64,000 bases of DNA, from the NCBI GenBank assembly GCA_013215565.1, contig JABSQV010000023.1:111442-175441 (forward strand). Reading direction: 5' to 3'. Each line of letters opens with the position of its first letter. Within the stretch, counting starts at the first letter, position 1. A model generated the notes under the pieces. It was not told where the DNA came from. It searched no databases and saw only the letters and a program-made list of their open reading frames with translations. Below, piece after piece: positions 18,364 to 27,777 of this stretch. A program made the position numbers and the translations under genes. The DNA comes from Myxococcales bacterium. Lineage in GTDB: Bacteria; Myxococcota_A; UBA9160; SZUA-336.

Positions 18364-18713
18364 GAAAAACCGAGTTACGGAAGTTCGAGAAAGTGCTGAA
18401 CGAGATGCGCGACGGGCTCGCCGAGAACGCCCAGCGTGCCGTCACGGGTGACATGCAACTCGATCCCGACGACTTCCCGGACGAGATCGATTCGGCTTCG
18501 TCCGACGCGAGTCTCGCCTTCATCGGGCGGCTCCGGGAGCGGGAGCGGGTACTGTTGCAAAAGATTGATCAGGCGCTGGTTCGAATCGAAGAGGGCGAGT
18601 ACGGTCGCTGCAGCCTCTGCGAAGAGGAGATCGGAATCAAGCGGCTCCAGGCCAGGCCCGTCGCCATGCTCTGCATCGACTGTAAGAGTCAGCAGGAGAA
18701 GCTCGAGCGCTGA
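18360..18713 (+). CDS. dksA: DksA/TraR family C4-type zinc-finger transcription factor
   Basis: Coiled coil followed by CSLCEEEIGIKRLQARPVAMLCIDC (C4 zinc finger). GTGA overlap with cpoB. Confidence 0.8.
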   Translation: MRKTELRKFEKVLNEMRDGLAENAQRAVTGDMQLDPDDFPDEIDSASSDASLAFIGRLRERERVLLQKIDQALVRIEEGEYGRCSLCEEEIGIKRLQARPVAMLCIDCKSQQEKLER

Positions 18714-18720
18714 AGCGCCC

Positions 18721-19752
18721 ATGTCGCTGGTACTTGGCATCGAATCGTCGTGCGATGACCTCGGGGCGGCGCTGGTGCGCGACGGCCGCGAGATCCTGTC
18801 TTCGATCGTGCACCGCCAGGACGAGGTACACGCGCCCTTCGGCGGTGTGGTCCCCGAACTGGCGAGCCGCGATCACGTCGAATTCGTCTGGGGAACGGTG
18901 GAACGTTCGCTCGAGCGGGCCGGCGTCGGTCTCGATCAGGTCGATGCGATTGGAGTCACGACGGGTCCGGGTCTGATCGGATCCCTGCTGGTCGGGCTCT
19001 GCTTTGCGAAGGCGCTCGCCTACCGGGCCGGGAGGCCCCTCGTCGGGGTCCATCATCTCGAGGGCCACATCGCATCCGCGCGGCTCGAAGAAGATCCGAT
19101 CGCATTTCCATTTGTGGGGGCCGTGCTTTCCGGGGGCCACAGTGCGTTCTACCGAGTGGACAGCCTGGCCGAGATCGAGTTGCTGGGTCAGACCCGCGAC
19201 GACGCAGCAGGGGAAGTGTTCGACAAGGTGGCGAAGCGGCTCGGCCTCGGTTACCCGGGGGGTCGGGAGGTCGACCGCGTCGCGGCCGAAGGGGGTGCCT
19301 CGGAGCGGGCTGCGATCCCGTTTCCGCGGCCGCTGCTGAATCACGGGCTCGACCTCTCCTTCTCGGGTCTCAAGACGGCCGTCGCGCTCGAAATCGCGCG
19401 TAGGGAGGGACCCGACGGCAAGCTGTCGGCTCGCGATCGGGTTCGGATCTGTGCGTCGTTCCAGGAGGCGGTGGGCGACGTAGTGATCGCGAAGTCGGAG
19501 CGGGCGCTGGGCGAAACCGGGCTGTCGCGGCTCGCGGTGGTGGGGGGGCTCGCGGCGAACCGCCGGCTCCGGGAGCGCATGGCCGGGTTCGCGGAGCGGG
19601 CGGGAGTATCCGTGCGCTTTCCGCCGGTCGCGCTCTGTACCGACAATGCGGCCATGATCGCGGCGGTAGCCGACGGTCTGTGGCGGGAGGGGCGCCGGGC
19701 GGATCTGCGTCTCGACGCGTTCTCGCGCGCGCCCCTCGGGGGTGAGAAATAG
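18721..19752 (+). CDS. tsaD: tRNA N6-adenosine threonylcarbamoyltransferase
   Basis: MSLVLGIESSCDDLGAALV...GVHHLEGH...LSGGHSAFY... Kae1/TsaD signatures. The 438-aa track ORF extends upstream out of frame. Confidence 0.9.
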   Translation: MSLVLGIESSCDDLGAALVRDGREILSSIVHRQDEVHAPFGGVVPELASRDHVEFVWGTVERSLERAGVGLDQVDAIGVTTGPGLIGSLLVGLCFAKALAYRAGRPLVGVHHLEGHIASARLEEDPIAFPFVGAVLSGGHSAFYRVDSLAEIELLGQTRDDAAGEVFDKVAKRLGLGYPGGREVDRVAAEGGASERAAIPFPRPLLNHGLDLSFSGLKTAVALEIARREGPDGKLSARDRVRICASFQEAVGDVVIAKSERALGETGLSRLAVVGGLAANRRLRERMAGFAERAGVSVRFPPVALCTDNAAMIAAVADGLWREGRRADLRLDAFSRAPLGGEK

Positions 19753-19757
19753 CCTCG

Positions 19758-20576
19758 ATCCGCCGCTATCTCGCCGAGCGGGGTCTGGCGCCGTCTCGGG
19801 CGCGCGGCCAGAATTTTCTGCGCTCGGACCAGACGGCCGGGCGCATCGTGGCGGCCGCCGGGATCGAGCAGGCGGACGCGGTCGTCGAGATCGGCCCGGG
19901 CCTCGGCCGCCTCACCCGCGCGATCGCGGCGGTCGCGCGCCGGACTGTGGCCCTCGAGGTCGACCGGGGCCTGTTCCGGTTACTCGTCGACCTGGAACTC
20001 GGAGCAGGGGTCGAGCTGCGCCACCAGGACGTGATGAAAGCCGACCTGGGTGGCCTTGCCCGAGAACTGGGAGCGCCCGTGGTCCTGATTGGCAACCTGC
20101 CGTACCGCATCTCGGGACGCCTGCTCGGGAGCCTGCTCGGGCCCCGGACGCCGTTTCGCCGCTGGTGCTTCATGCTCCAGCGCGAGGTCGCGGACCGCGT
20201 GCTGGCGCAGCCCGGGACCCGGGCCTACGGACCGCTCGCGGTCTGGACCGGCATCTGGGCCGAAGCGCGGCGCGTGCTGTCCCTCTCCCCCGAAGACTTC
20301 GACCCGAAACCGCGGGTGCACTCGAGCTTCGTGCTCTTCGATCCCGCGCCCAGCCCGCCAGAGGTGACGTCTCCGCCCGCGCTGCGCGAGCTCGTCCGGT
20401 GTGCGTTTCAGCACCGCCGGAAGACCCTGCGAGCGGCCCTCAGGGGGCGAATTCCGGGGGCCGAGCGCGCCCTGGAGCGGACGCGGATCGACCCCGGAAG
20501 CCGCCCCGAAGCCCTGTCCCCGGATGATTTCGTGAGCCTTGCGAACGCGGTTTCGGAGGCTGGCAGGGTCGGTTGA
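19758..20576 (+). CDS. rsmA: 16S rRNA (adenine1518/1519-N6)-dimethyltransferase
   Basis: ...RGQNFLRSDQTAGRIVAAAGIEQADAVVEIGPGLGRLT...GNLPYRIS.... The reading frame opens right after the TGA at 19743-19745, but there is no ATG/GTG/TTG before the conserved GQNFL. Candidate non-canonical starts are ATA 19749 and ATC 19758; the start coordinate is uncertain. Confidence 0.8.
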   Translation: MRRYLAERGLAPSRARGQNFLRSDQTAGRIVAAAGIEQADAVVEIGPGLGRLTRAIAAVARRTVALEVDRGLFRLLVDLELGAGVELRHQDVMKADLGGLARELGAPVVLIGNLPYRISGRLLGSLLGPRTPFRRWCFMLQREVADRVLAQPGTRAYGPLAVWTGIWAEARRVLSLSPEDFDPKPRVHSSFVLFDPAPSPPEVTSPPALRELVRCAFQHRRKTLRAALRGRIPGAERALERTRIDPGSRPEALSPDDFVSLANAVSEAGRVG

Positions 20577-20868
20577 AGCTGCCTCGGACGCGGATTCCGG
20601 GGGGACTGCGCGCCCACGTGTGCTGGATGGGAGCGGCCGTCGGGTACGGGTTGACACCCCCTGCGGCTTCCGCATAGGCTCCAGCGGGTCATAGGAGCAG
20701 CAGAAGCCGCCTGAAGCTTGGATCCCGCGAGGGACCGAGACCGAACGGCCGCCCTGTCTCTCGCGCTGCGCACACGCGCTCGCGACGCAGAAGCGTCGAT
20801 CGGACCGGTCGGGATGATCGGTAGGCCGGAGGGCCGGTCGGCTCTGCGGATCGCGAGGAGAGAATTCG

Positions 20869-21672
20869 ATGCGAGAGGTCAGGGTCACGGTGCCCGCGCT
20901 GGCGAAGCTCAAGCGCGCAGGCCGGAAAATCGCAATGCTCACGGCCTACGACTATCCGTTTGCGCGGATTCTCGACGAAGCCGGGATAGACGTGCTGCTG
21001 GTGGGCGACAGTCTCGGAACCTGCGTGCAGGGGCGCGAAACCACGCTGCCCGTCTTGCTGGACGAGATCGTCTATCACTGTGGGATGGTGTCGCGCGCCG
21101 CGCGTCGGGCGTTGGTCGTGGGCGACATGCCCTTCGGGAGCTACCACCGCTCGCTGGAGGCGGCACGCGACAGCGCCTGCCAGTTGGTCAAGGAGGGGGG
21201 CGCGCACAGCGTGAAACTCGAAGGCGGTGAGCGCATGGCCGACCGGATCGAGGCGATCGTGCGGCTCGACATCCCGGTGATGGGCCACGTGGGCCTCACG
21301 CCTCAATCGGTCCACCGGATGGGCGGCTACCGCGTACAGGGCCGCGGCCCGTGCTCGCGCGAGCAGGTGTTCCGCGACGCGCGGGCGGTTCAGGAAGCGG
21401 GCGCATTTTCGGTGGTGCTGGAGGGCGTTCCGGCCGAACTCGGGACCGAGATCACCCAGGAGCTGCGGATCCCCACGATCGGGATCGGCGCGGGCCCGAA
21501 CTGCGACGGCCAGGTGCTGGTGATGCACGATCTGCTGGGGCTCGGCGAGGATCCGCCCCCCCGCTTTGCGCGCCAGTACCTGTCGCTCAGCGAGGTCGTC
21601 GGAAGGGCGGTCCGGATGTACGCGGAAGACGTTCGCGAGAGCAAGTTTCCGGCGGATCATGAGTCCTACTGA
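20869..21672 (+). CDS. panB: 3-methyl-2-oxobutanoate hydroxymethyltransferase
   Basis: ...KIAMLTAYDYPFARILDEAGIDVLLVGDSLG...VKLEGG...PVMGHVGLTPQS.... AGGAGA SD. Confidence 0.9.
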   Translation: MREVRVTVPALAKLKRAGRKIAMLTAYDYPFARILDEAGIDVLLVGDSLGTCVQGRETTLPVLLDEIVYHCGMVSRAARRALVVGDMPFGSYHRSLEAARDSACQLVKEGGAHSVKLEGGERMADRIEAIVRLDIPVMGHVGLTPQSVHRMGGYRVQGRGPCSREQVFRDARAVQEAGAFSVVLEGVPAELGTEITQELRIPTIGIGAGPNCDGQVLVMHDLLGLGEDPPPRFARQYLSLSEVVGRAVRMYAEDVRESKFPADHESY

Positions 21673-22522
21673 GCCGCGCCGCCTGACCGGCATTCGGGAA
21701 CTGCAGTGCTGGGCGGACGCGGAACGCGCCGCCCGGCGCCGGATTGCGCTGGTCCCGACCATGGGAGCGCTGCACGAGGGGCATCTGGCTCTGGTACATG
21801 CGGCGGGTGCGTGGGCCGATCGCGTGGTGGTGAGCGTCTTCGTCAACCCCACCCAGTTCGGTCCGGATGAAGACTTCGAGCGCTATCCGCGCGACCTCGA
21901 ACGGGATTGCGAGTTGCTCGGCGAGGCGGGCGCCGACCTGGTGTTTGCGCCTACCGTCGACGAGATCTACCCCCCGGGTGACGTCACGCGCGTCGAGGTC
22001 CAGCGTCTGTCCCGCGGGCTCTGCGGGGCCAGTCGACCCGGTCACTTTCTCGGCGTGACCACTGTGGTCGCGCGGCTCTTGCTGGCCGCGAAGCCGCACG
22101 TGGCCGTCTTCGGGATGAAGGACTACCAGCAACTCGCCGTGATTCGCCGTATGGAGCGCGATCTGCACTTCGGCGTCGAGATCGTCGGGGTTCCGATCGT
22201 CCGCGAGCCGGACGGGATCGCCATGAGTTCTCGCAACACGTATCTGAGCCCGGTCGAACGCAGGCAGGCGCGGGCGCTCTACGCCGGACTCTGCGAGGCG
22301 CGCGCGCGCTTCGAGTCCGGGGAGCGGCGTGCGGGCGCGCTCATCGAGGCGGTCCGCCTGCGCGTTGGCAAGGAGCCGCTGGCCGAGATCGACTACATCG
22401 AGCTGTGCGCGACGGATGACCTCGAACCCGTCGAGTCCGTCGAGGGTCAGGCCCTGCTGGCGCTGGCGGTGCGTTTTGGGGAGACCCGGCTGATCGACAA
22501 CCTGATCCTCGAGGAAGGCTGA
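21659..22522 (+). CDS. panC: pantoate--beta-alanine ligase
   Basis: ...[17 protein letters not shown]...[21 protein letters not shown]...FGMKDYQQL.... Start ATG 21659 overlaps the panB 3' end. Confidence 0.9.
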   Translation: MSPTEPRRLTGIRELQCWADAERAARRRIALVPTMGALHEGHLALVHAAGAWADRVVVSVFVNPTQFGPDEDFERYPRDLERDCELLGEAGADLVFAPTVDEIYPPGDVTRVEVQRLSRGLCGASRPGHFLGVTTVVARLLLAAKPHVAVFGMKDYQQLAVIRRMERDLHFGVEIVGVPIVREPDGIAMSSRNTYLSPVERRQARALYAGLCEARARFESGERRAGALIEAVRLRVGKEPLAEIDYIELCATDDLEPVESVEGQALLALAVRFGETRLIDNLILEEG

Positions 22523-22869
22523 TGCTGGTTACGCTGCTCAAGTCGAAAATCCACCGTGCGACCGTGACCCAGGCGAATCTCGACTACGACGGGTCGATCA
22601 CGATCGACCGCGATCTGATGGACGCGGCCGACCTGCTCGATCACGAGCGGGTCGAGCTCTACGACATCACGAACGGTGCGCGTCTGCAGACCTACGTGAT
22701 TCCGGGAGCCCGCGCTTCCGGGACGATCGGCATCAACGGCGCGGCCGCTCACCTGGTGAAGCCTCACGATTTGGTCATCGTCGCAAGCTACGTACAGATG
22801 GATACGGACGCGGCCCGCAGGCACAAGCCCAGGATCTGCCTCGTCGACTCGTCCAATCGCCTCCGCTAG
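22522..22869 (+). CDS. panD: aspartate 1-decarboxylase
   Basis: [60 protein letters not shown]... (pyruvoyl-dependent, with the Gly-Ser cleavage site DGSIT). Confidence 0.9.
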   Translation: MLVTLLKSKIHRATVTQANLDYDGSITIDRDLMDAADLLDHERVELYDITNGARLQTYVIPGARASGTIGINGAAAHLVKPHDLVIVASYVQMDTDAARRHKPRICLVDSSNRLR

Positions 22870-22955
22870 GCTTCCTGCCGGTTCCGCTCTGGCCCCGCAG
22901 GGCTCCGGGCGGCGAGCAGGAGGACGGCGTCGTGTGGAGACCGACCTGGCGGGGC

Positions 22956-23609
22956 ATGGCCGAGAGGCTGCGCCGGGATTTCGTTGCCGGGCTGCTGGTC
23001 TTCGTCCCGGTCGGGTTCACGATCATCGGGGTCTGGTGGATCATCGACCAGCTCGATCGGCTGGTCTTGCCCCGAATCTTCTCCGCGCTGGGCCTGGAAG
23101 GCGGTCAGCCGTTCTTGCTGGGGACCCTGGTCACGCTGCTTCTGATTCTGAGCGCCGGTGCGCTCACCCGGAGCTTCATCGGGCGCGGCGCGCTCGGCTT
23201 CTGGGAACGCATCGTGGAACGGATTCCGGTGGCCCGCAGTCTCTACTCGGTCGTGAAGCAGTTCATGCAAGCGACGATGGGTGAGGGGACGCGGAACTTC
23301 CGGCGCGTGGTGCTGATCGAGTATCCGCGACGGGGCATCTATTGCTACGCGTTCGTGACCGGGTCCGTGGATCAAGGCTTCCCGGGGCAACAGGGTCCGC
23401 TCACGAAGGTCTTCGTTCCGAGCACCCCGAATCCGACCACCGGCTATTACCTGCTGCTTCCGAATCGCGAGATCCGGGAGACCGGACTGACGATCGAAGA
23501 AGCATTTAAGCTGATCATTTCGGCCGGAATCGCGAGCCCGGGCGGCGAATTGCCCGTGGCCACAGCCGCGGAGGGTACGGCCGCCGGCGAGCGTGCCTCG
23601 GGGCGGTGA
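22956..23609 (+). CDS. DUF502 domain membrane protein
   Basis: MAERLRRDFVAGLLVFVPVGFTIIGVWWI... matches the DUF502 N-terminus and core. Confidence 0.7.
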   Translation: MAERLRRDFVAGLLVFVPVGFTIIGVWWIIDQLDRLVLPRIFSALGLEGGQPFLLGTLVTLLLILSAGALTRSFIGRGALGFWERIVERIPVARSLYSVVKQFMQATMGEGTRNFRRVVLIEYPRRGIYCYAFVTGSVDQGFPGQQGPLTKVFVPSTPNPTTGYYLLLPNREIRETGLTIEEAFKLIISAGIASPGGELPVATAAEGTAAGERASGR

Positions 23610-24088
23610 AGGAGCCCAAACCCGATCCGGCCATCCGGACCATCTGCAAGAATCGCCGTGCGCGTTATCGCTACCGCATTGAAGAGACGGTGGAGGCAGG
23701 TCTGGTGCTCGTGGGACCCGAGGTCAAGTCGCTCCGGGCCGGCAAGGCGAACCTCGTCGACAGCTACGCGCGCATCCAGGGCGGCGAGATCTTTCTGATG
23801 AAGGCGCACATCGCCCCCTACGAGCAGGCCAACCGCGAAAATCCAGATCCGACTCGCGAGCGCAAGCTCTTGCTTCACCATCGCGAGATTCATCGGCTTC
23901 ACGGAAAAGTCCGGGAGCGTGGCTACACGCTGATCCCGCTCGAGATGTATTTTCGAGACGGCCGTGCGAAGGTCGAACTCGGCCTGGCGCGCGGAAAGCG
24001 CACACACGACAAACGCGAGGCGATCGCCAAGCGGGATAGCGAGCGAAGGCTGCAGCTGATTCGAAAGCGCAGGAGCAGGGAGCGGTGA
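23606..24088 (+). CDS. smpB: SsrA-binding protein
   Basis: ...ICKNRRARYRYRIEETVEAGLVLVGPEVKSLR...HIAPYEQAN...LLLHHREI... with a basic C-terminal tail. tmRNA is encoded 3.3 kb downstream. Confidence 0.9.
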   Translation: MKEPKPDPAIRTICKNRRARYRYRIEETVEAGLVLVGPEVKSLRAGKANLVDSYARIQGGEIFLMKAHIAPYEQANRENPDPTRERKLLLHHREIHRLHGKVRERGYTLIPLEMYFRDGRAKVELGLARGKRTHDKREAIAKRDSERRLQLIRKRRSRER

Positions 24089-25392
24089 CCCCGGTGGGGC
24101 GGCGCTTCGGGGGACTTGCGGCGACGCTGCTGCTGCTCTCCTGTGTGCAGGGACCCGGCCCCTACACGCACTCGCGCTACGACTACGCCTCGTTCCGGGC
24201 CTGGATCGGCGCTTTGCCGGAACCGAACTATCTGCCCTGGGTTGCGCACCGTGAGCGGCTTGCAGGTGGAGCCGGCGCGCTCGTGATCTGCCGCTGGCCG
24301 GATTCCGCGTTTCCGCTGCGCTACCACGTGGTTCCACCCGTGATCCCGGATGCGCGCCAGAACGAATTTCATCCGCGGGACCCGCTCGAGTACGTCGCGT
24401 CCGTTCACCAAGCATTCACGGAGTGGCAGGACGTGATCGGACGCCCGGTGCGCTTCGTCCCGGTCGATGATCCCGCCGCTGCGTCGGTCGTGGTGAGGAT
24501 CGAGGCGCCCCTCGTCGAAGAGGGGAGCGCGCACCTTTTCGAGGGCGTGCGCGTACTCGGCCTCGGCATGCTGCCGGGCGAAGAGGAGCGCTGTTCCGTG
24601 ACGGGCGAGGGCGAGACGCCGGGCGTCGTCGAGATCTCCTACGCGCCGCCCGAGATCTTGCTGTTCGTGACCGACCCGCAGGGACTGCTGACGCCGCGCC
24701 AGGTACGCCGCGTGGCCATGCATGAGATCGGCCACCTGCTCGGAGCCTCGGGCCAGCACAGTCCGCTCCGCGGAGACCTAATGTTTCCGATCGCCGAGGA
24801 CAGTCGCGTCGAGAACCTGTCTGAGCACGACGTGAACAGCTTCCGGGCCCTCTACCGGATTCCGCCGGGAACGGTCTATGCGCGGGTCGGGATCCCCCGA
24901 GCGACTCCGATGCCCGAGGCACGTCGTGCGCCGCCTCGGCTCGGGCACGCGCGCGCACACGAGCAGTTTCCGATCGAGTTGCGCTTTCCGGTCGAGTGGC
25001 AGGTACTCCGCACCCCGCGCGGCTGGATCGCAGTGGACGGGCTGTTCTGGGACAACGACGCCTCGATCCAGGTGATGGCGCTCCGCGGTTCCTTCGACTC
25101 CTACCTCGGGCCCCGGGGCCGCGCCCTCCTGATGCGCGGAGAACTGGTCTCGAGCGAGCAACTCGAGGTGGATGGGCGCAGGAGTGCCCGAATCGTCTCG
25201 CGCACGCGAAACGCCGTCGAGGAAATCACCCTGATGGAGTGGGATCCCGGCTGGGTGCTAGTCGTGATCGGCGAGACAGCCGATGAGAACTATGAGGTCT
25301 ACAAGCCCTGGTTCCGGTTCACGGTGCTCTCGATCGACCGGCCCGAGGACGCGCCCGACCGCGGGACGCGGGCTGACCGGGAAGGCCGCTAG
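24085..25392 (+). CDS. hypothetical lipoprotein with HExxH zinc-metalloprotease motif (matrixin-like)
   Basis: Lipobox LLLLSCVQG, and ...VAMHEIGHLLGASGQHS... (HEIGHxxG). GTGA overlap with smpB. Confidence 0.5.
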   Translation: MTPVGRRFGGLAATLLLLSCVQGPGPYTHSRYDYASFRAWIGALPEPNYLPWVAHRERLAGGAGALVICRWPDSAFPLRYHVVPPVIPDARQNEFHPRDPLEYVASVHQAFTEWQDVIGRPVRFVPVDDPAAASVVVRIEAPLVEEGSAHLFEGVRVLGLGMLPGEEERCSVTGEGETPGVVEISYAPPEILLFVTDPQGLLTPRQVRRVAMHEIGHLLGASGQHSPLRGDLMFPIAEDSRVENLSEHDVNSFRALYRIPPGTVYARVGIPRATPMPEARRAPPRLGHARAHEQFPIELRFPVEWQVLRTPRGWIAVDGLFWDNDASIQVMALRGSFDSYLGPRGRALLMRGELVSSEQLEVDGRRSARIVSRTRNAVEEITLMEWDPGWVLVVIGETADENYEVYKPWFRFTVLSIDRPEDAPDRGTRADREGR

Positions 25393-26087
25393 GACTCCGG
25401 TTCGTCCGGGAGCCTGAAGAGCCAGCGGCGCGCGGGTGCTGCGGCCAGCACTGCCAGTGCCGCGATCCCGAGGACCAATGCGAATCGGATCCAGTCGAGC
25501 TCGAAGACCGCATCACCGAGCGAGCTGTAGACGATCGTGCGCGGCAACAGTCCGATCGTGCTCGCAATCAAAAACGGAACCGGGCGCATGCTGGTGAGCC
25601 CGGCGCCCAGGAATGCGGGCGTGAGCGGTGTGGCCGGGTAGGCGCAGTAGGCCCCGAGCAAGACCGGACCCCGCGCTGCCTGGTAGCGGTCGATGTGCGC
25701 GAAGGGTCCAGGGAACCAGCGCACGAGCGCGTCCCGGCCCAGATTGCGTGCGACGAAGAAGGTCAGTCCCGCGCCGATGGCCCCGCCGATCGTGCCCCAC
25801 ACGGCTCCCCAGACCGCGCCGAACAGTAGGCCGCCGGCCGCGAGCACGACGAAAGAGGGCAGCAGGAGCAGGAAGCGAAACGCCACCATTGCGGAGAAGA
25901 TCAGCGGGGCGGCGATGCCGAACTCGCCGATTTGCTCGCGGATCATTTCGGGTTCCAGGGTCATGCCGCTCGCGAAGTAGAGCCAGTAGAATCCGGCAAA
26001 ACCGGCTGCGAGCAGGCCGAGCGCTGCGACGCGGGAGAGCGTTTTTCGGATTCGTTCGGATCTGTCTGGATCTGCTCCGCGACTCAC
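25389..26087 (-). CDS. TVP38/TMEM64 (DedA/SNARE-associated) family membrane protein
   Basis: Multiple TM helices and a Gly-rich signature (GLLFGAVWGAVWGTIGGAIGAGLTFFVARNLGR). GTG 26087 overlaps the rlmI stop (GTGA). The upstream extension to 26345 has no support. Confidence 0.65.
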   Translation of the reverse strand: MSRGADPDRSERIRKTLSRVAALGLLAAGFAGFYWLYFASGMTLEPEMIREQIGEFGIAAPLIFSAMVAFRFLLLLPSFVVLAAGGLLFGAVWGAVWGTIGGAIGAGLTFFVARNLGRDALVRWFPGPFAHIDRYQAARGPVLLGAYCAYPATPLTPAFLGAGLTSMRPVPFLIASTIGLLPRTIVYSSLGDAVFELDWIRFALVLGIAALAVLAAAPARRWLFRLPDEPES

Positions 26088-27250
26088 GCGTTCCGGTCTC
26101 CGACGCGAAGCAGGAAACCCTTCAGGTACTCGCCCTGGGGATGGTTGAGATCGACCGGGTGATCGGGCGGGGCCCCGAGTGCTTCGAGCACCTGGATGCG
26201 GATTCCCGCCTGCGCGGCGGCGGTGAAGATCGTCTGCCGGAAGCGGGCTGCGTCCACGTGGTGGGAGCAGCAGAAGGTGAGTACCTGTCCCCCCGGGGCG
26301 ACCCGGGCGAACGCCCGCTGGTGTAATTCCTGATAGGCGCGGCACGCGGCGCCCGCATCCCGCTTCCGTTTTGCGAAGGGGGGCGGATCGATCGCGACCA
26401 GGTCGTAGTGTCGCCTGTCCTCTCGCAGGAACGCGCCCACGTCTCCGTCGATCCGCTCGGCCTCGGGAGCGTTGCGCGCGAGCAGGTCACCGGCCGGCTT
26501 GGACGACTCGACACAGACCGCCACGCGGGCGCCTCCAGCCAGCGCGGCGGTCGCGAAGCCCCCGCTGTAGGCGTACAGATCCAGAACCCGGGCGCCTTCC
26601 GCGAGGCGCTCGAAACGGTCGCGCGAGTCGCGCTGGTCCAGGTAGAAGCCGGTCTTCTGGCCGCGCCGCAGGTCGACCTGGTAACGGCGTCCGCGTTCCT
26701 GGATCTCGATCGGCTCCTCGGGGACGGAACCGCCCAGGCTCCGGTTCGTGCCGTCCTCGCGTGTGGGCCCCCGGAGCCACGCCCCGTCGAGTTCGCGGGT
26801 CTCGAGCAGCGCGCGCGCAGTCCGCTCCGCACGCCGAGCCATGGCCGCGGTCGCGGGTCGGATCGCGATCCAGCGCGCGTAGCGGTCGACGGTGAGCCCG
26901 GGCAGGCCGTCGGCCTCGGCGTGGACCCAGCGCACGGCATCGGTCCCGGCGAGCAGGGGATGCTCCTCGCGCCAGGCGAGCGCGGCCAACAGTCGCTCCT
27001 CGAACCAGGTCTCTTCGGGATCGGGCGCCGCATCTCCAAAATGTGTCAGCCGCACGCGAATCTGAGAGTCGGGATCGAAGTCTCCGTGCGCGAGTAGTCG
27101 CCCATCGGCCGTGAGCACCCGGACCTGCCCCCCGGGCTCCGGGTTGCCGTCCACCCGTTCGATGCTGCCCGAGAGCAGCCAGGGGTGGCGTAGACGAACC
27201 GAGCGCTCTCGCGCTTGCCGTAGGATCACGCTCGCCAGTGGGATGCTCAC
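26084..27250 (-). CDS. rlmI: class I SAM-dependent rRNA methyltransferase (RlmI-like, PUA plus MTase)
   Basis: N-terminal PUA-like region, ...VLDLYAYSGGFA..., and ...LVAIDPPPFAK.... Confidence 0.8.
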   Translation of the reverse strand: MSIPLASVILRQARERSVRLRHPWLLSGSIERVDGNPEPGGQVRVLTADGRLLAHGDFDPDSQIRVRLTHFGDAAPDPEETWFEERLLAALAWREEHPLLAGTDAVRWVHAEADGLPGLTVDRYARWIAIRPATAAMARRAERTARALLETRELDGAWLRGPTREDGTNRSLGGSVPEEPIEIQERGRRYQVDLRRGQKTGFYLDQRDSRDRFERLAEGARVLDLYAYSGGFATAALAGGARVAVCVESSKPAGDLLARNAPEAERIDGDVGAFLREDRRHYDLVAIDPPPFAKRKRDAGAACRAYQELHQRAFARVAPGGQVLTFCCSHHVDAARFRQTIFTAAAQAGIRIQVLEALGAPPDHPVDLNHPQGEYLKGFLLRVGDRNA

Positions 27251-27352
27251 TTCGTGCTCGCGCAGGCAATCTACCAGATGGCGGCAGAACGCCCGCTGGC
27301 CTTCAGCTCAGCGCTTGACTCGCCGACCCGGATCTCTAGAGTGGGGGGGAAA

Positions 27353-27706
27353 GGGGGCGATCGGTTTCGACGGGTGGTGGACGTTCGTTGTTGCGTGTCG
27401 AGGTGCCGTGTCCTCGTGAATCCCGCGGTAAGGCAAATTCAATTGCCGATAATAATCTCGCTCTCGCTGCCTAGATAACGCAGCGAGCGTTCCCCGGTCC
27501 GACGCCTGCTGAGGCCGGGGGGCGTCAACTCAGCAGGCTGGCCCAAGCCGTCGTCGGTGCGGTGCGGGCGAGAAAGGTGCCGACTCGCGGCCGAAGAGCC
27601 GGGCTTCCGGAGCTCCCGGTCCGCTAAATTGATCCGGCAGCTACACACGTAGACGCAGCGGAAACAGCCCATTCGGACGCGGGTTCGATTCCCGCCGCCT
27701 CCACCA
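27353..27706 (+). ncRNA. ssrA: transfer-messenger RNA (tmRNA, ssrA), one-piece
   Basis: 5' GGGGGCGAUCGGUUUCGACGGG and 3' ...GGACGCGGGUUCGAUUCCCGCCGCCUCCACCA (T-arm plus CCA). The 5' 7 nt pair with the 3' end as an acceptor stem (one G-U). An internal tag reading frame ends ...GCC GAU AAU AAU CUC GCU CUC GCU GCC UAG (…ADNNLALAA*). No protein ORF is plausible here. smpB lies nearby. Confidence 0.9.
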
Positions 27707-27777
27707 TTTCCAAGCGGTCGCGGCGCCTTCCGGGCCCTCCCGGCCCGGGGGGTCTCGAGAGGCGGGAGCACCGAGCC

